Source: Cyclobacterium amurskyense
GTDB taxonomy: Bacteria; Bacteroidota; Bacteroidia; Cytophagales; Cyclobacteriaceae
Reading direction: 5' to 3'
Length of the DNA stretch: 64,000 bases
NCBI RefSeq assembly: GCF_001050135.1
Contig: NZ_CP012040.1
Coordinates: 1,646,997 to 1,710,996, forward strand
A program made the translations under genes and the position numbers. The notes under the pieces are model-generated. The model was not told where the DNA came from. It did no database searches and saw only the letters and a list, made by a program, of their open reading frames with translations. Below are positions 11,258-22,068 of the stretch, one piece after another. How positions within the stretch are numbered: position 1 is the stretch's first letter; each line of letters starts with the position of its first letter.

Positions 11258-12019
11258 ATGAATTACATTCTAAAAAGCATCCCGTCCAGAACACAAAAGC
11301 CTAGAGATTCAGGATTCACCATGGCAATGGACAAGGGTTTAAGTCTAAGAGAAGTGGAGGACTTTATTGAATCTAACGGAGATTACGTTGATATCGTAAA
11401 ATTTGGCTGGGCCACTTCCTATGTCACATCCAAACTTAAAGAAAAAATAGACATTTATCGCTCTGCAGGGATACCCGTCTACTTTGGTGGGACACTATTT
11501 GAAGCCTTTATTATTAGAAATCAATTTGACGATTACAGGCGTTTATTGGACAAGTACCAACTGTCTTTCGTGGAGGTTTCCGATGGGTCGATCACTTTGG
11601 ACCATGACGTAAAATGCGAATACATTCGCACCCTTGCAAAAGACGTGACAGTTCTTTCAGAAGTAGGATCTAAAGACGCAGCAAAAATCATCCCTCCATA
11701 TAAATGGATTGATCAGATGCAAAAAGAGTTGAGTGCAGGTGCTTGGAAAGTAATCGGTGAAGCAAGAGAAGGTGGCACCGTAGGACTTTTTAGGGATTCC
11801 GGAGAAGTAAGACAAGGTCTTGTAGAAGAAATCTTAACTCAGGTTCCTGAAGAAAAAATCATTTGGGAAGCACCACAGAAAGAACAACAAGTTTGGTTTA
11901 TCAAATTACTTGGATCAAATGTCAACCTTGGGAATATCGCGCCCAATGAAATCATTCCTTTAGAAACATTAAGACTTGGCCTAAGAGGAGATACTTTCGA
12001 TTTCTTTTTGGATAAATAA
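11258..12019 (+). CDS. comA: (2R)-phospho-3-sulfolactate synthase
   Basis: 253 aa. The N-terminal KPRDSGFTMAMDKG...DIVKFGWATS matches the ComA family. Confidence 0.65.
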   Translation: MNYILKSIPSRTQKPRDSGFTMAMDKGLSLREVEDFIESNGDYVDIVKFGWATSYVTSKLKEKIDIYRSAGIPVYFGGTLFEAFIIRNQFDDYRRLLDKYQLSFVEVSDGSITLDHDVKCEYIRTLAKDVTVLSEVGSKDAAKIIPPYKWIDQMQKELSAGAWKVIGEAREGGTVGLFRDSGEVRQGLVEEILTQVPEEKIIWEAPQKEQQVWFIKLLGSNVNLGNIAPNEIIPLETLRLGLRGDTFDFFLDK

Positions 12020-12051
12020 TTTTACACCTCTTTATAAACAAAGTCCAACCA

Positions 12052-12987
12052 ATGAATAAGTTTAATGAGAAGGTATTGCTTTTCTTAAAAGGCATGGGTA
12101 TGGGAAGTGCCGACATTGTTCCTGGAGTTTCAGGGGGGTCCATTGCACTGATAACAAAGATTTATGAAGAACTGCTTTCTAGCATCAATTCATTTGATCT
12201 TGATGCCCTTAAGCTCTTGGCAAAGTTTGATATTGTCGCTTTCTGGAAACATGTAAATGCAAGCTTTTTGCTGACCTTATTCCTGGGAATCCTTACCAGT
12301 ATTTTTGCTTTCTCAAAGGCCATTACCTTTCTTATAGATAGCTATCCCATCCCATTGTGGTCTTTTTTCTGCGGTTTAATACTTATTAGTGCGATCATAA
12401 TCCTAAGGGACATTAAGCGATGGAACATTATTGCCATTTTGATGTTTCCGATAGGAGTGGTCATTGCGTATTTCATCACAGAACTACCGATGATTTCCTC
12501 TCCGAATAACATTTGGTTTACTTTTATTTCTGGAGCCATAGCCATATGCGCCATGATCCTCCCTGGAATATCTGGAAGCTTTTTGTTGCTTATTCTTGGC
12601 AAATACGAATACATCCTTCACGCTGTCAATGAAAAAGACTTTGTTGTTTTGGCAATTTTTGCCTTAGGTTGTATCACAGGTTTGCTACTATTCAGCAGAC
12701 TAATATCATGGTTCTTGAAAAACTACCATGCCATCACTTTGTCTTTTTTATCCGGCTTTATGATCGGCTCTATTAACAAAATATGGCCCTGGAAAAAAAT
12801 ACTCAGTTACAGAATGTCAAGTTCTGGAGATCAAAAACCATTTTTAACTGAGAACATCTTACCTCATGTATACCTTACAGAGACAGGTCAGGAACCTGCT
12901 TTTCTGGTTGCCATTTTGGCATTCTTAATCGGGGTTATTCTTGTGGTTGGACTTGAAAGAGTAGCATATAATTTTAGAAAAGAATGA
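12052..12987 (+). CDS. DUF368 membrane protein (putative undecaprenyl-phosphate translocase family)
   Basis: GVSGGSIALITKIYEEL and a second GISGS repeat, polytopic. The stop overlaps the aroE start. Confidence 0.65.
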   Translation: MNKFNEKVLLFLKGMGMGSADIVPGVSGGSIALITKIYEELLSSINSFDLDALKLLAKFDIVAFWKHVNASFLLTLFLGILTSIFAFSKAITFLIDSYPIPLWSFFCGLILISAIIILRDIKRWNIIAILMFPIGVVIAYFITELPMISSPNNIWFTFISGAIAICAMILPGISGSFLLLILGKYEYILHAVNEKDFVVLAIFALGCITGLLLFSRLISWFLKNYHAITLSFLSGFMIGSINKIWPWKKILSYRMSSSGDQKPFLTENILPHVYLTETGQEPAFLVAILAFLIGVILVVGLERVAYNFRKE

Positions 12988-13730
12988 AAAAATATGGCTT
13001 AATCGGTTACCCACTTACCCATTCCTTTTCGAAAAAGTATTTCTCAGATAAATTCACCCGAGAGGGAACCTCAGACTGCCAATACGATCTGTATGAAATC
13101 GACAGCATCAAGTCTTTACCTGAAATAATTGCCTCTCAAGAAGAATTAATAGGTATCAATGTAACCATACCCTACAAGGAACAGGTAATCCCCTATTTGG
13201 ACAAGCTAGACCCTGCTTGCAAGGCTATCGGTGCGGTTAACTGTATCAAACTTACGTCTAATGGTCTGGTGGGCTATAACACCGATTATTATGGGTTCAA
13301 AACCTCATTGACCAATTGGCTGGGTGAAGAAAGGCCTCAAGCCTTGATTCTAGGTACAGGCGGTGCTTCGAAGGCGGTTTGCCAAGCACTTAAAGACCTG
13401 GAAATCCCCTTTTTGAAGGTATCTCGGAACCCAGATCCATCAGCCAAGGACACCATCAGTTACGATGAAATAAAGAAATCCCCTGATTATCTGGCTAAAT
13501 ATCCACTTATCATTAACAGCACCCCATTGGGTACTTTCCCCAATGTTTCGGCCATGCCTGACCTACCTATTGCAGAATTAAACAAAGGCAATTGGTATTA
13601 TGATCTGGTTTACAATCCCACAGAAACAGCCATGATGACGGCTGCGGCAAATATGGGTGCAAAAACTAAAAATGGGATTGAAATGCTTCACTTACAAGCT
13701 GAGGCTGCCTGGGATATCTGGAATAAATAA
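12984..13730 (+). CDS. aroE: shikimate dehydrogenase
   Basis: GLIGYPLTHSFSKKYF substrate-binding N-terminus, GTGGASKAV NADP motif, 248 aa. Confidence 0.75.
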   Translation: MKKYGLIGYPLTHSFSKKYFSDKFTREGTSDCQYDLYEIDSIKSLPEIIASQEELIGINVTIPYKEQVIPYLDKLDPACKAIGAVNCIKLTSNGLVGYNTDYYGFKTSLTNWLGEERPQALILGTGGASKAVCQALKDLEIPFLKVSRNPDPSAKDTISYDEIKKSPDYLAKYPLIINSTPLGTFPNVSAMPDLPIAELNKGNWYYDLVYNPTETAMMTAAANMGAKTKNGIEMLHLQAEAAWDIWNK

Positions 13731-13772
13731 GCCAAAACCACCACAAAAAAAGTCCAATAATGGACCATAAAA

Positions 13773-13800
13773 AAACCCATAGGCATTTGCCCATGGGTTT
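13773..13800. terminator. bidirectional hairpin terminator between convergent aroE and protease genes
   Basis: cccataggcatttgcccatggg hairpin flanked by an A-run upstream and a T-run downstream. Confidence 0.5.
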
Positions 13801-13825
13801 CATTTTACTTTTTATAATATCCTGC

Positions 13826-16318
13826 TCAGGAAGGATTTAATATTACATTAATCCTTTCTAGACAGTCTTCCAGATGAATTTTGCTCATACTGTCTGAGGT
13901 ACCTGGTATAGCACGTTTAATTTCAGCTTGAATCACTTTTAATGATGCCCTTGCCACAGAAGGTATATCTGACTGAGAGGCATTTAGTGAAGAAGCTGAC
14001 CTTCCACTAGCATCCTTAGTCATTAGTTCTTCAAGCTTTTCAATATGAGCCCTTTGAAGGCTTCTTCTGTTTATATCGATGGCTTTGCGAAAACTTAGTT
14101 CTTCCCAAATCCCCTTTCTTAAGTCAGTCATCAATTCCAATAAACCATAGGCTTCGGAACCATTTAAGGCTTCATTTTCAATTACTCGTCCCAATCTTCC
14201 CCAATCAAGTATAGCGTTCAATGTACCTACTTGCAATTTTCTAATTCTGTCCAGTATTCCAAAATCCTGGATCCTACTAGTAATGGCATCATCCGTAAGC
14301 CAATCCTGGGTCGTAAAAAGCTCTTTTTGGATAAAATCCATGGCTTCCTTTTGCTTGGCCTTGTCTACATGCGTATAAACAGCTTCCTCCTGACCAATGG
14401 CCTTATAAATCTCATAAACCCCACCAATATTCGTCCTCACATGTCCCATGTAACGATTGTATTGGGTCAAGACTTGTCCGTAAAGCTCTTCCAAGTCATC
14501 GTAATTTTTAAAGGGCTTGTCCAATTCACCTGTCCATTCGATTAGGTTCGGAACAATGCGTTTTAGATTTTGAATTCCATAAGTAGAAGCCTTCACAGCA
14601 TCATCACCTAAATCTTCACTTTGGGTACTGGGGTCATAAGAATTTCCCTGTCTGCCATAGCGATAGATTGGGTCTCCATTCTTTTCTACAATCCATTGGT
14701 CCAGGATTTCCTGCTCATCTTCCGGTGTTTCGGCTTCCAGTATTGGCTTGTATCCCCAGGAAATGGCGAATTTATCATAGGGCCCGACTTCTGGAAATAA
14801 GTGCACTCCCTTGTCTTCGGGCTGGGCGACATAATTAAAACGGGCATAATCCATCAAAGATGGAGCTGTACCATATTTCGCTGTAAAAGTAGCTGACCGC
14901 AATGAATCTACAGGATAGGCAAAAGAAGAAGCAAAGTTATGCGGTAAACCAAGTGTATGCCCCACTTCATGGGACGACACAAAACGGATCAACCTGCCCA
15001 TAACTTCATCGTCAAACTGCATACCCCTTGAATCCGGGTTGATGGCTGCAGTTTGTACAAAAAACCAATTGCGCAAAAGGTTCATCACATTGTGGTACCA
15101 ACCTATGTCCGATTCTATAATTTCACCAGATCTTGGATCAGAAACATGTGGCCCGTAAGCATTCTGAATATTGGAAGCAAAATACCTAATGACAGAATAC
15201 CTGGCATCTTCAGGATTCCAATCAGGATCCTCTTCGGGGCTTGGGGCTTCTTTGGCCGTGATGGCATTCTTAAATCCCGCTTCTTCAAAAGCTGCATTCC
15301 AATCCTCCACCCCGGCTTTGAGATAAGGCACCCACTTTGTAGGTGTGGCAGGATCTATATAATAAACGATTTGTTTTTTGGGCTCAACCAGTTCTCCCGC
15401 TTTGAATTTCTCAATATCCTCCTCCTTCACTTCCAATCTCCACCTATCAAGGTAAATTCTTCTACTTGCCTTATGGGCATCCAGTCCATAGTCAGTAACA
15501 CGGGTATTGAACCAACCCACCCTTTGGTCAGCTAATCTTTGTTTCATTGGAACCTCAGGAAGCAAGACCATGCTACTGTTCATCTCCACTGTGATAAGTC
15601 CAGTTGAAGTGTTAGATGGAGGTGCAGAGGCGGCATAAGTGAGCACATACCTCGCTTCAATATTAGTAGGATAAGGACTTATACGCTCTATATAAGACCT
15701 ATCTGTATCCAAACGCGTTACCTTGTATCCTTTTCGTCTGCTTTGTTGTAAGCCCAATGCCTGCACATCCTTTGAAAAGAGATCCGACACCTCAATCAAC
15801 CAGCCTTTTCCGTCTTTGCCTTTGGCTTCAACATCAAACCTATAAAGAATTGGTTCCAAGTTTGAATTTTTAACCGCCTGATAAATGGGAAGGGAATCTG
15901 CAGCTGTATTGGCATAAGAGACTACTTTCAACAAAATGTTTTTGTCTTTCTTTTCCCATTTAAGCATCTGCGTATTGGTGCGCTCTCCGCCATAGCCTAT
16001 TCCATTGGCTGTTTTGGCAATGGTAGTGACCATAAGCATTTCCTTACCCAGCGTTTCTTCTGGGATTTCGTAGTAGTATTTTTCATCCACCTTGTGGACT
16101 GTAAACAGACCAACTTTTGTTTCGGTGCTGTCTTTAATAATCTCTTTATAGGATTTCAAACCATCTTTGCTCTTCGCCGGTTTTTTTTCCGGTTCTTTGG
16201 TTTCTTGCTCATCCTTTTTTTTCTTCCTTCGCTGTGCCTCTGCCAAATCTGGAGAAATTAGATTCAGGCCAAAACTTACTAACAGCAAAATCAAAATGCT
16301 TGCTTTTGACTTTAACAT
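13826..16318 (-). CDS. secreted zinc-dependent metalloprotease (DUF5117/DUF4953-type)
   Basis: Signal peptide, HEVGHTLGLPHN zincin motif, 830 aa. Confidence 0.7.
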   Translation of the reverse strand: MLKSKASILILLLVSFGLNLISPDLAEAQRRKKKKDEQETKEPEKKPAKSKDGLKSYKEIIKDSTETKVGLFTVHKVDEKYYYEIPEETLGKEMLMVTTIAKTANGIGYGGERTNTQMLKWEKKDKNILLKVVSYANTAADSLPIYQAVKNSNLEPILYRFDVEAKGKDGKGWLIEVSDLFSKDVQALGLQQSRRKGYKVTRLDTDRSYIERISPYPTNIEARYVLTYAASAPPSNTSTGLITVEMNSSMVLLPEVPMKQRLADQRVGWFNTRVTDYGLDAHKASRRIYLDRWRLEVKEEDIEKFKAGELVEPKKQIVYYIDPATPTKWVPYLKAGVEDWNAAFEEAGFKNAITAKEAPSPEEDPDWNPEDARYSVIRYFASNIQNAYGPHVSDPRSGEIIESDIGWYHNVMNLLRNWFFVQTAAINPDSRGMQFDDEVMGRLIRFVSSHEVGHTLGLPHNFASSFAYPVDSLRSATFTAKYGTAPSLMDYARFNYVAQPEDKGVHLFPEVGPYDKFAISWGYKPILEAETPEDEQEILDQWIVEKNGDPIYRYGRQGNSYDPSTQSEDLGDDAVKASTYGIQNLKRIVPNLIEWTGELDKPFKNYDDLEELYGQVLTQYNRYMGHVRTNIGGVYEIYKAIGQEEAVYTHVDKAKQKEAMDFIQKELFTTQDWLTDDAITSRIQDFGILDRIRKLQVGTLNAILDWGRLGRVIENEALNGSEAYGLLELMTDLRKGIWEELSFRKAIDINRRSLQRAHIEKLEELMTKDASGRSASSLNASQSDIPSVARASLKVIQAEIKRAIPGTSDSMSKIHLEDCLERINVILNPS

Positions 16319-16434
16319 TTGAGTTCAATTAATTAAGTTAGGAATAATAGAAAGCTAAAATTAAAATTTTAATTTGTAAACTTGGCAAAACCCAACACCT
16401 AAATCAAACAGGAGCAAACCTATCAGGCATCAAG

Positions 16435-17565
16435 TTGTTAATAAAAAACATGGATGAAAATCAAATCACAATTATTGGAGGAGGGCTTTCGGGACTTATT
16501 GCCGCTTACCTCTTAGCAAAAGAAGGCAAAAGCGTTCTTGTTATTGAAAAAAAAGAGTACCCTTTTCACAGAGTTTGTGGGGAGTACGTTTCCAATGAAG
16601 TCAGGGATTTTCTAATACAGGAAGATTTATTCCCTTCTTCTTTTGAACCTGCTGAAATCAATACCTTCAGGCTAAGTGCCGTAAATGGGGCGCTGGCAGA
16701 AATCCCCCTGGACTTAGGTGGATTTGGAATAAGTCGTTACAACCTGGATTACTTTTTATACAAAAAATGCCTTAATGTAGGGGTTAAATTTCTTTTAAAA
16801 ACCCAGGCATCCACCATCGGTTTCAAAGCAGCCCAAAATGTATTTGAGGTAAATACCAATGAAGGTGATCTTCTGACTGCTCCTATTGTCCTGGCAGCCT
16901 ACGGTAAAAGATCCCGAATAGACAAGTACCTTGACCGTGGCTTCCTCAATCAAAGAAGCCCTTATGTAGGTATTAAATACCATATTAATATAGCGCATGA
17001 GGAAAACATGGTGGCATTACACAATTACAATGGTGGCTATCTTGGCATCAATAAAATTGAAAATGGGGCGTTTAATCTTTGCTACCTGGGAAGTAGAGAG
17101 CAATTAAAGGCCGCTGGGAATATTCAAAGCATGGAGGAACAATATTTGTTTAAAAACCCTCATATCAAAGAAATATATAGTCGGGCAGAATTCCTTTGGG
17201 AAAAGCCTGAGGTAATCAATGAAATCAGTTTCGCAACCAAGTCTCCGGTGGAAAATCAGTTACTTATGATTGGAGATGCTGCCGGGATGATTACACCTTT
17301 GTGCGGCAATGGTATGGCCATCGCAATTCATACGGGGAAGCTTGCAGCTGATGCCATTCTCAAGCACAAGAAATTGGCAATGATTCAAAAAGCATACGCC
17401 AAAGCCTGGAACCAGTATTTTTCCAGTCGCCTGAGAACGGGAAGAGCAGTACAAAAGCTTTTCGGCGCTCCTTTTGTTTCAAACCTTGCTGTGAATGTGA
17501 TCAAAAAATCTCCTTACCTGGCGAAAAAACTCATTCTTCAAACCCATGGACAACCCATAAAGTAA
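16435..17565 (+). CDS. FAD-dependent oxidoreductase (geranylgeranyl reductase-like)
   Basis: ITIIGGGLSGLIAAYLLAKEGKSVLVIEKK dinucleotide-binding motif, 376 aa. Confidence 0.6.
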   Translation: MLIKNMDENQITIIGGGLSGLIAAYLLAKEGKSVLVIEKKEYPFHRVCGEYVSNEVRDFLIQEDLFPSSFEPAEINTFRLSAVNGALAEIPLDLGGFGISRYNLDYFLYKKCLNVGVKFLLKTQASTIGFKAAQNVFEVNTNEGDLLTAPIVLAAYGKRSRIDKYLDRGFLNQRSPYVGIKYHINIAHEENMVALHNYNGGYLGINKIENGAFNLCYLGSREQLKAAGNIQSMEEQYLFKNPHIKEIYSRAEFLWEKPEVINEISFATKSPVENQLLMIGDAAGMITPLCGNGMAIAIHTGKLAADAILKHKKLAMIQKAYAKAWNQYFSSRLRTGRAVQKLFGAPFVSNLAVNVIKKSPYLAKKLILQTHGQPIK

Positions 17566-17598
17566 AAATGCTCCCAAGCTTAAGCCAAGGAGCATTTT
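17565..17598. terminator. bidirectional hairpin terminator
   Basis: aaaatgctcc..ggagcatttt 9-bp stem with flanking A and T runs, between convergent genes. Confidence 0.5.
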
Positions 17599-17648
17599 CT
17601 ATAAAAACTGAATATTAAAGGTTATTCCTATTTTTTAAACCCAAAATA

Positions 17649-20051
17649 TCAAAAACGGATAGCTACACCAGCCATAAAGCTGGTTCCTGCCATTGGGTAA
17701 TAATAGTTTTCTGCTATACGTTCCATGCCCTGTCCTTCACTGGAAGGAACGAAATAACCAAAGGTATAACCATTTGGCTCATAAAGGTTGTTGAATAAAT
17801 TATTAACTTTACCTGAAAAAACCATTTCTTTCACAAAACCTGGATTCCAAGAATACACAAATCTCAAGTCAGAAGTCCAATAAGCATCCAGGCTTCTTCC
17901 CTTTTGCTGTGCATTGTCAAGGAACTGCTGGCCTACATATTTATTAAGTAAACTTACTTCAAGATTCTTCAACGGCCTGAAATCAATAATAGCACTTCCT
18001 ACAACATCTGGAGAGAAAGCAATGTCGGTATTGGTATAAGTGATGCTTTCCTGCCCTGTAAAATCCCAGTTCTCGTCATACACATCACTGTACTCAGTAT
18101 AGGAATCAATCTTATTTTGACTAAAAGCAATGTTACCACCTAGCGTCCATTTAGGTGTTAGCACTATTGCACCATCAAGTTCTATACCCGCCCTATAGCT
18201 ACTGGCGACATTTTCCCGAACATAAGCACCCACATCATTCAATTGTCCGGTCAGCACCAACTGATCTTTATATCCCATATAGTAAAAATTGGCATTGTAC
18301 TGGAAGTTGGATTTTTTCACCCTGATTCCAGCCTCTACATTTTTAAGTTTCTCTGGTCTTGGAATTTCAGATAATGGAGAGTCAGTAAAATCACTTCTTA
18401 CAGGCTCTCTATTGGCCACTGCGTAGGAAGCATAAAGGGTTTGACCCGTTCCTGTTTCGTAAGACACACCAAACTTAGGATTGAAAAAGGTATAGGACTG
18501 GTTTCCACTAACATCCCTTTGGTCGTTATTTTTCCCATCAAAAGAATAGTCGATTCCTCTTACCTGCATGTCAGCAAACAAATAAAGTCTTTCCTTAACC
18601 TCATAGGTCGCCTTGAGGTAAATATTCCGATCGTCTTTGACAGCTACATTGTTGTAATATTTGTCTCTAATATTGGTATTTCCAGTAACGCCCATCCAGA
18701 TGACTTCACCAAAATGGTCTCCATCATATCGATTGGCTCCACCTCCCAATATAGCGTCCAATTTACCATTGGTTGAAACGTAATTCAGAGAAAAAACTGA
18801 ACCATAAAAGTCATTGTCCAACCATCTTCTGCGAATAATGTCTGTACTGTTTATTACCTCACTGCCTATTTCAATTGGGGCAAAACCGTAATCTTCCAGA
18901 TCATCGTCTTCCTTAAACTGTTCATAATAACCCTGTCCAGCAGTATAATGCAATGCAAAATTCGCTTTCAAATTATCCGTCAGTGTTCCTGCATAGATAA
19001 ACTGATAATGGTTTTGTTGGTAATTGTCAGTTTCATTCTCATAGGTATAACCATTGAATGTCCTGTTGCTTTTAAGTAGGCTTTCCGGTACTCCATTCCA
19101 AGCCTGATAGGTTTGTTCGGCTCCTGCAAAGATATTCACCTTAAACACATGCTTGTCTCCATAATAGCCTCCGGAAACAAAGTAAGATTTAAGGTCAGAA
19201 AAAGCCCTGTCAATGTATCCATCAGAAGTAACTTGAGAAAGACGGGCATCTACAGCCCATTTGTCATTGATCAAGCCAGTACCGGCTTTAATGGTATGTT
19301 TTCGGGTATTGAAAGAACCATAGGAATTGTCGGTTTCTGCATAGGCTTCTTCCTTTTTGGTATCGGTCTGAATATTAAGGCTGGCACCAAAAGTAGCAGC
19401 CCCATTGGTAGAAGTACCCACACCACGTTGGATTTGGATATTGTCCACTGAAGAGGCAAAATCTGGCATATTTACCCAAAACACGCCATGAGATTCTGCA
19501 TCATTTAATGGAATTCCATTAACAGTGACGTTGATCCTGGTTTGGTCTGTTCCTCTGATTCTCAAACCGGTATAACCAACGCCCGTTCCGGCATCTGAGT
19601 GAGTAACAATGGAAGGGGTATAATTTAACAATAGTGGCAGATCCTGCCCAAGGTTGTCCTTCCCAAGTGTTTCCTTACTGATGACCTGAAAGGTAGTGGG
19701 CGTAGTCTCAGAGGCCCTTGTTCCTGAAACAATAAATTCTTCAGCGGTTAGGGTGGTTGGGTTCAGGGCGATTAATAAATCTCCTTGCTGAGGAAGGGCT
19801 ACACTTACGGTTTTGGAGGAAAAGCCTACAAAGGTTATGCGTAGGTTTGCCACTTTTTGCTTGATGTCATTAATCTGAAAAGCTCCATCTTGGTCACTTA
19901 CAGTACCTTTCTGGGTGTTTTCCAGGTACACAGTAGCTCCAGGAAGAGGCAAGGAAGTTTCAGCATCGGTGATTATTCCCTGTATACTGGTTTGGGCAAT
20001 AGACAATTGGCACAGCAATAAAAATATTGCTGTAAAACAAATACGATTCAT
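17649..20051 (-). CDS. TonB-dependent receptor with N-terminal carboxypeptidase-regulatory-like domain
   Basis: Signal peptide then IQGIITDAETSLPLPGATV (CarbopepD_reg-like), plug and β-barrel, C-terminal aromatic residue, 800 aa. Confidence 0.75.
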   Translation of the reverse strand: MNRICFTAIFLLLCQLSIAQTSIQGIITDAETSLPLPGATVYLENTQKGTVSDQDGAFQINDIKQKVANLRITFVGFSSKTVSVALPQQGDLLIALNPTTLTAEEFIVSGTRASETTPTTFQVISKETLGKDNLGQDLPLLLNYTPSIVTHSDAGTGVGYTGLRIRGTDQTRINVTVNGIPLNDAESHGVFWVNMPDFASSVDNIQIQRGVGTSTNGAATFGASLNIQTDTKKEEAYAETDNSYGSFNTRKHTIKAGTGLINDKWAVDARLSQVTSDGYIDRAFSDLKSYFVSGGYYGDKHVFKVNIFAGAEQTYQAWNGVPESLLKSNRTFNGYTYENETDNYQQNHYQFIYAGTLTDNLKANFALHYTAGQGYYEQFKEDDDLEDYGFAPIEIGSEVINSTDIIRRRWLDNDFYGSVFSLNYVSTNGKLDAILGGGANRYDGDHFGEVIWMGVTGNTNIRDKYYNNVAVKDDRNIYLKATYEVKERLYLFADMQVRGIDYSFDGKNNDQRDVSGNQSYTFFNPKFGVSYETGTGQTLYASYAVANREPVRSDFTDSPLSEIPRPEKLKNVEAGIRVKKSNFQYNANFYYMGYKDQLVLTGQLNDVGAYVRENVASSYRAGIELDGAIVLTPKWTLGGNIAFSQNKIDSYTEYSDVYDENWDFTGQESITYTNTDIAFSPDVVGSAIIDFRPLKNLEVSLLNKYVGQQFLDNAQQKGRSLDAYWTSDLRFVYSWNPGFVKEMVFSGKVNNLFNNLYEPNGYTFGYFVPSSEGQGMERIAENYYYPMAGTSFMAGVAIRF

Positions 20052-20279
20052 GTTGATATTTTATTCTGGTTAAACATAGCAGAAATGAGGGGACAAATCT
20101 CCTTTAGTTGTTTACCCAATAGCATTACGTACGATTAGCTATTTTTCATTTCCCTGCGCCGGCATTATCCGGATCAGGTGATATGGGTATGATCTCAGCC
20201 CGTTATATTAAGGCACCCCTAATGATCTTGCCACAAATGTAGCTGGTATTATTTAAAATGACAAATCACGACCTTTAGA

Positions 20280-21347
20280 TCAGGCCGTTCCCAAGCCCTT
20301 CAAATGTCTAAAATGAGACCTAAAGGCCCATCTTAATTTTTGATGCTCAAGGTATGGAATGTTATAATCCTTGCAGGTTTGCTTAATGATTTTACTTATA
20401 GCCGGGTAATGGATATGTGATACTTTAGGAAACAAATGATGCTCTATCTGGAAATTTAACCCACCCAAAAACCAGGTAAGTAACTTGTATCCAGTGGCAA
20501 AATTTGCAGTTGTTCTGATTTGGTGAATCATCCATTCGTCTTCAAGGCAATTGGACACAGGCTCAGGAACAGGGAATGCCGTTTCTTCCAAGCTATGTGC
20601 CAGTTGGAAAACAAGTGTCAGCACTAGCCCTGCGAATAGGCCATATACAAGAAAACCTACTAACCATGGGCCCCATCCAACCATATAAACCGGAATGGCA
20701 ACAAAAAGCACCAAATGAAGTGCCTTAAAAGCCCAAAAGCTGATATGATCAGACATTTTCATTTTTTGAATAGGCACTATTCCTACTTTTCCGGTAACGT
20801 ACTTTTTGTAATCTGTGAAAAATACCCAATAGAGGTACAATAAAGAATAGGTGAAGATAAAATAATAGTGTTGAAACTGGTGTATTTTAAATTTCTTTTG
20901 ACTTGGAGAAAGGCGTAAAAATGGCCTGGCATTCAAGTCATCATCTACACCATCTACGTTTGTAAATGAGTGGTGCACAACATTGTGCTTTGTCTTCCAC
21001 ATGAAAACATTCGCTCCTAGAAAATTTATTGACATTCCGGCCAGAGAATTGACCCAAGGTCGGTCACTAAAACTCCCATGTGCCCCATCATGCATTACAT
21101 TAAAACCAATAAATGCTGTCAATGCACCCAAAACCAAACATTCTACGAGTCCTAAAATCCAGTGCGGTGTAAAAAAGACCAGGTGAATGTACAACAATAC
21201 AAATCCAACGACCATGATACCCGCTTTTACGAATAATTCGGAATTTCCTGAACGTGCTAGATTGTGTGCTTTAAAATATTCTGCCACTCTGGATTTTAAA
21301 TCCTGGTGAAATGTTATTTTAGGTCTGGAGAATTTTGGCGTAGCCAT
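20280..21347 (-). CDS. membrane fatty-acid desaturase
   Basis: Three histidine boxes (HDGAHGSF, HNVVHHSF, QIEHHLFP), 355 aa. Confidence 0.7.
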   Translation of the reverse strand: MATPKFSRPKITFHQDLKSRVAEYFKAHNLARSGNSELFVKAGIMVVGFVLLYIHLVFFTPHWILGLVECLVLGALTAFIGFNVMHDGAHGSFSDRPWVNSLAGMSINFLGANVFMWKTKHNVVHHSFTNVDGVDDDLNARPFLRLSPSQKKFKIHQFQHYYFIFTYSLLYLYWVFFTDYKKYVTGKVGIVPIQKMKMSDHISFWAFKALHLVLFVAIPVYMVGWGPWLVGFLVYGLFAGLVLTLVFQLAHSLEETAFPVPEPVSNCLEDEWMIHQIRTTANFATGYKLLTWFLGGLNFQIEHHLFPKVSHIHYPAISKIIKQTCKDYNIPYLEHQKLRWAFRSHFRHLKGLGTA

Positions 21348-21471
21348 ATATTAAATTAAAATTAAATGATTTCGGGTAACATTACTCGGCTTAAGTACAC
21401 TATTAAAAATAGCCTTAGGTAGGGTTCAATTAAGATATATTAAAGATACCAATTTAATTTGACATTTTCAA

Positions 21472-22068
21472 TTAAAAAGTTAGGGTATTAATTAAATGCA
21501 TCATGTCAATTTTGATATACTCTATGATTGGAGCCAAGGAGTCATTTTTAACTGCTGTTTGGAAATACAAGGCTCCTCTTAAAAAATGTTGCGTAGAATC
21601 TGTAACAAAAAACTGAAATTGAGTGGGCACCTCTCCACTTAATTCTGAGACAAAACCGGTATACCCTCTGGGGGTTAACACTACTGCCTCATCTATACCG
21701 TAAGCTTTTACCTGATGCTTGAAGGTAAGGCTCATGGCATCATCCAGATAAGTTTTTAATAAAGCCTTGTCCCCGTTGATCGCTTTGTAAGTCAGGTGCA
21801 CTCTGGCATCTAAATCTGTGTAATGCACATTGGTCCAGGTCTTCTCTTGCAAGTTAAATGAATCCCTTTCTATTTGTGCATGAACAGAATGTTCAAAATT
21901 ATAAGGTAAGTTTTTATTTAAGCTAACAAAATCCCGCTTTGGTAGGTCAATGCGGTTATAGCCTTTGGGTTTGGGAAGGTAGTCTTCACTACATGCCCCA
22001 ATCAAAAGCAAAGCCAACCAACAGATTGCCAAAGCAGGATTTTGAAATTGTCTTTTAATAAAACTCAT
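21472..22068 (-). CDS. lipoprotein, possibly gliding-motility GldD-like
   Basis: Lipobox LIGAC. The PKPKGYNRIDLP N-terminus is reminiscent of the GldD family. Weak call without a database search. Confidence 0.35.
   Translation of the reverse strand: MSFIKRQFQNPALAICWLALLLIGACSEDYLPKPKGYNRIDLPKRDFVSLNKNLPYNFEHSVHAQIERDSFNLQEKTWTNVHYTDLDARVHLTYKAINGDKALLKTYLDDAMSLTFKHQVKAYGIDEAVVLTPRGYTGFVSELSGEVPTQFQFFVTDSTQHFLRGALYFQTAVKNDSLAPIIEYIKIDMMHLINTLTF

Noticed and set aside
21472-22068. Firm assignment as gliding protein GldD
   Set aside because: The call rests only on my recollection of a PKPKGY-type N-terminus. The neighbours are not gld genes. Kept as a low-confidence lipoprotein.
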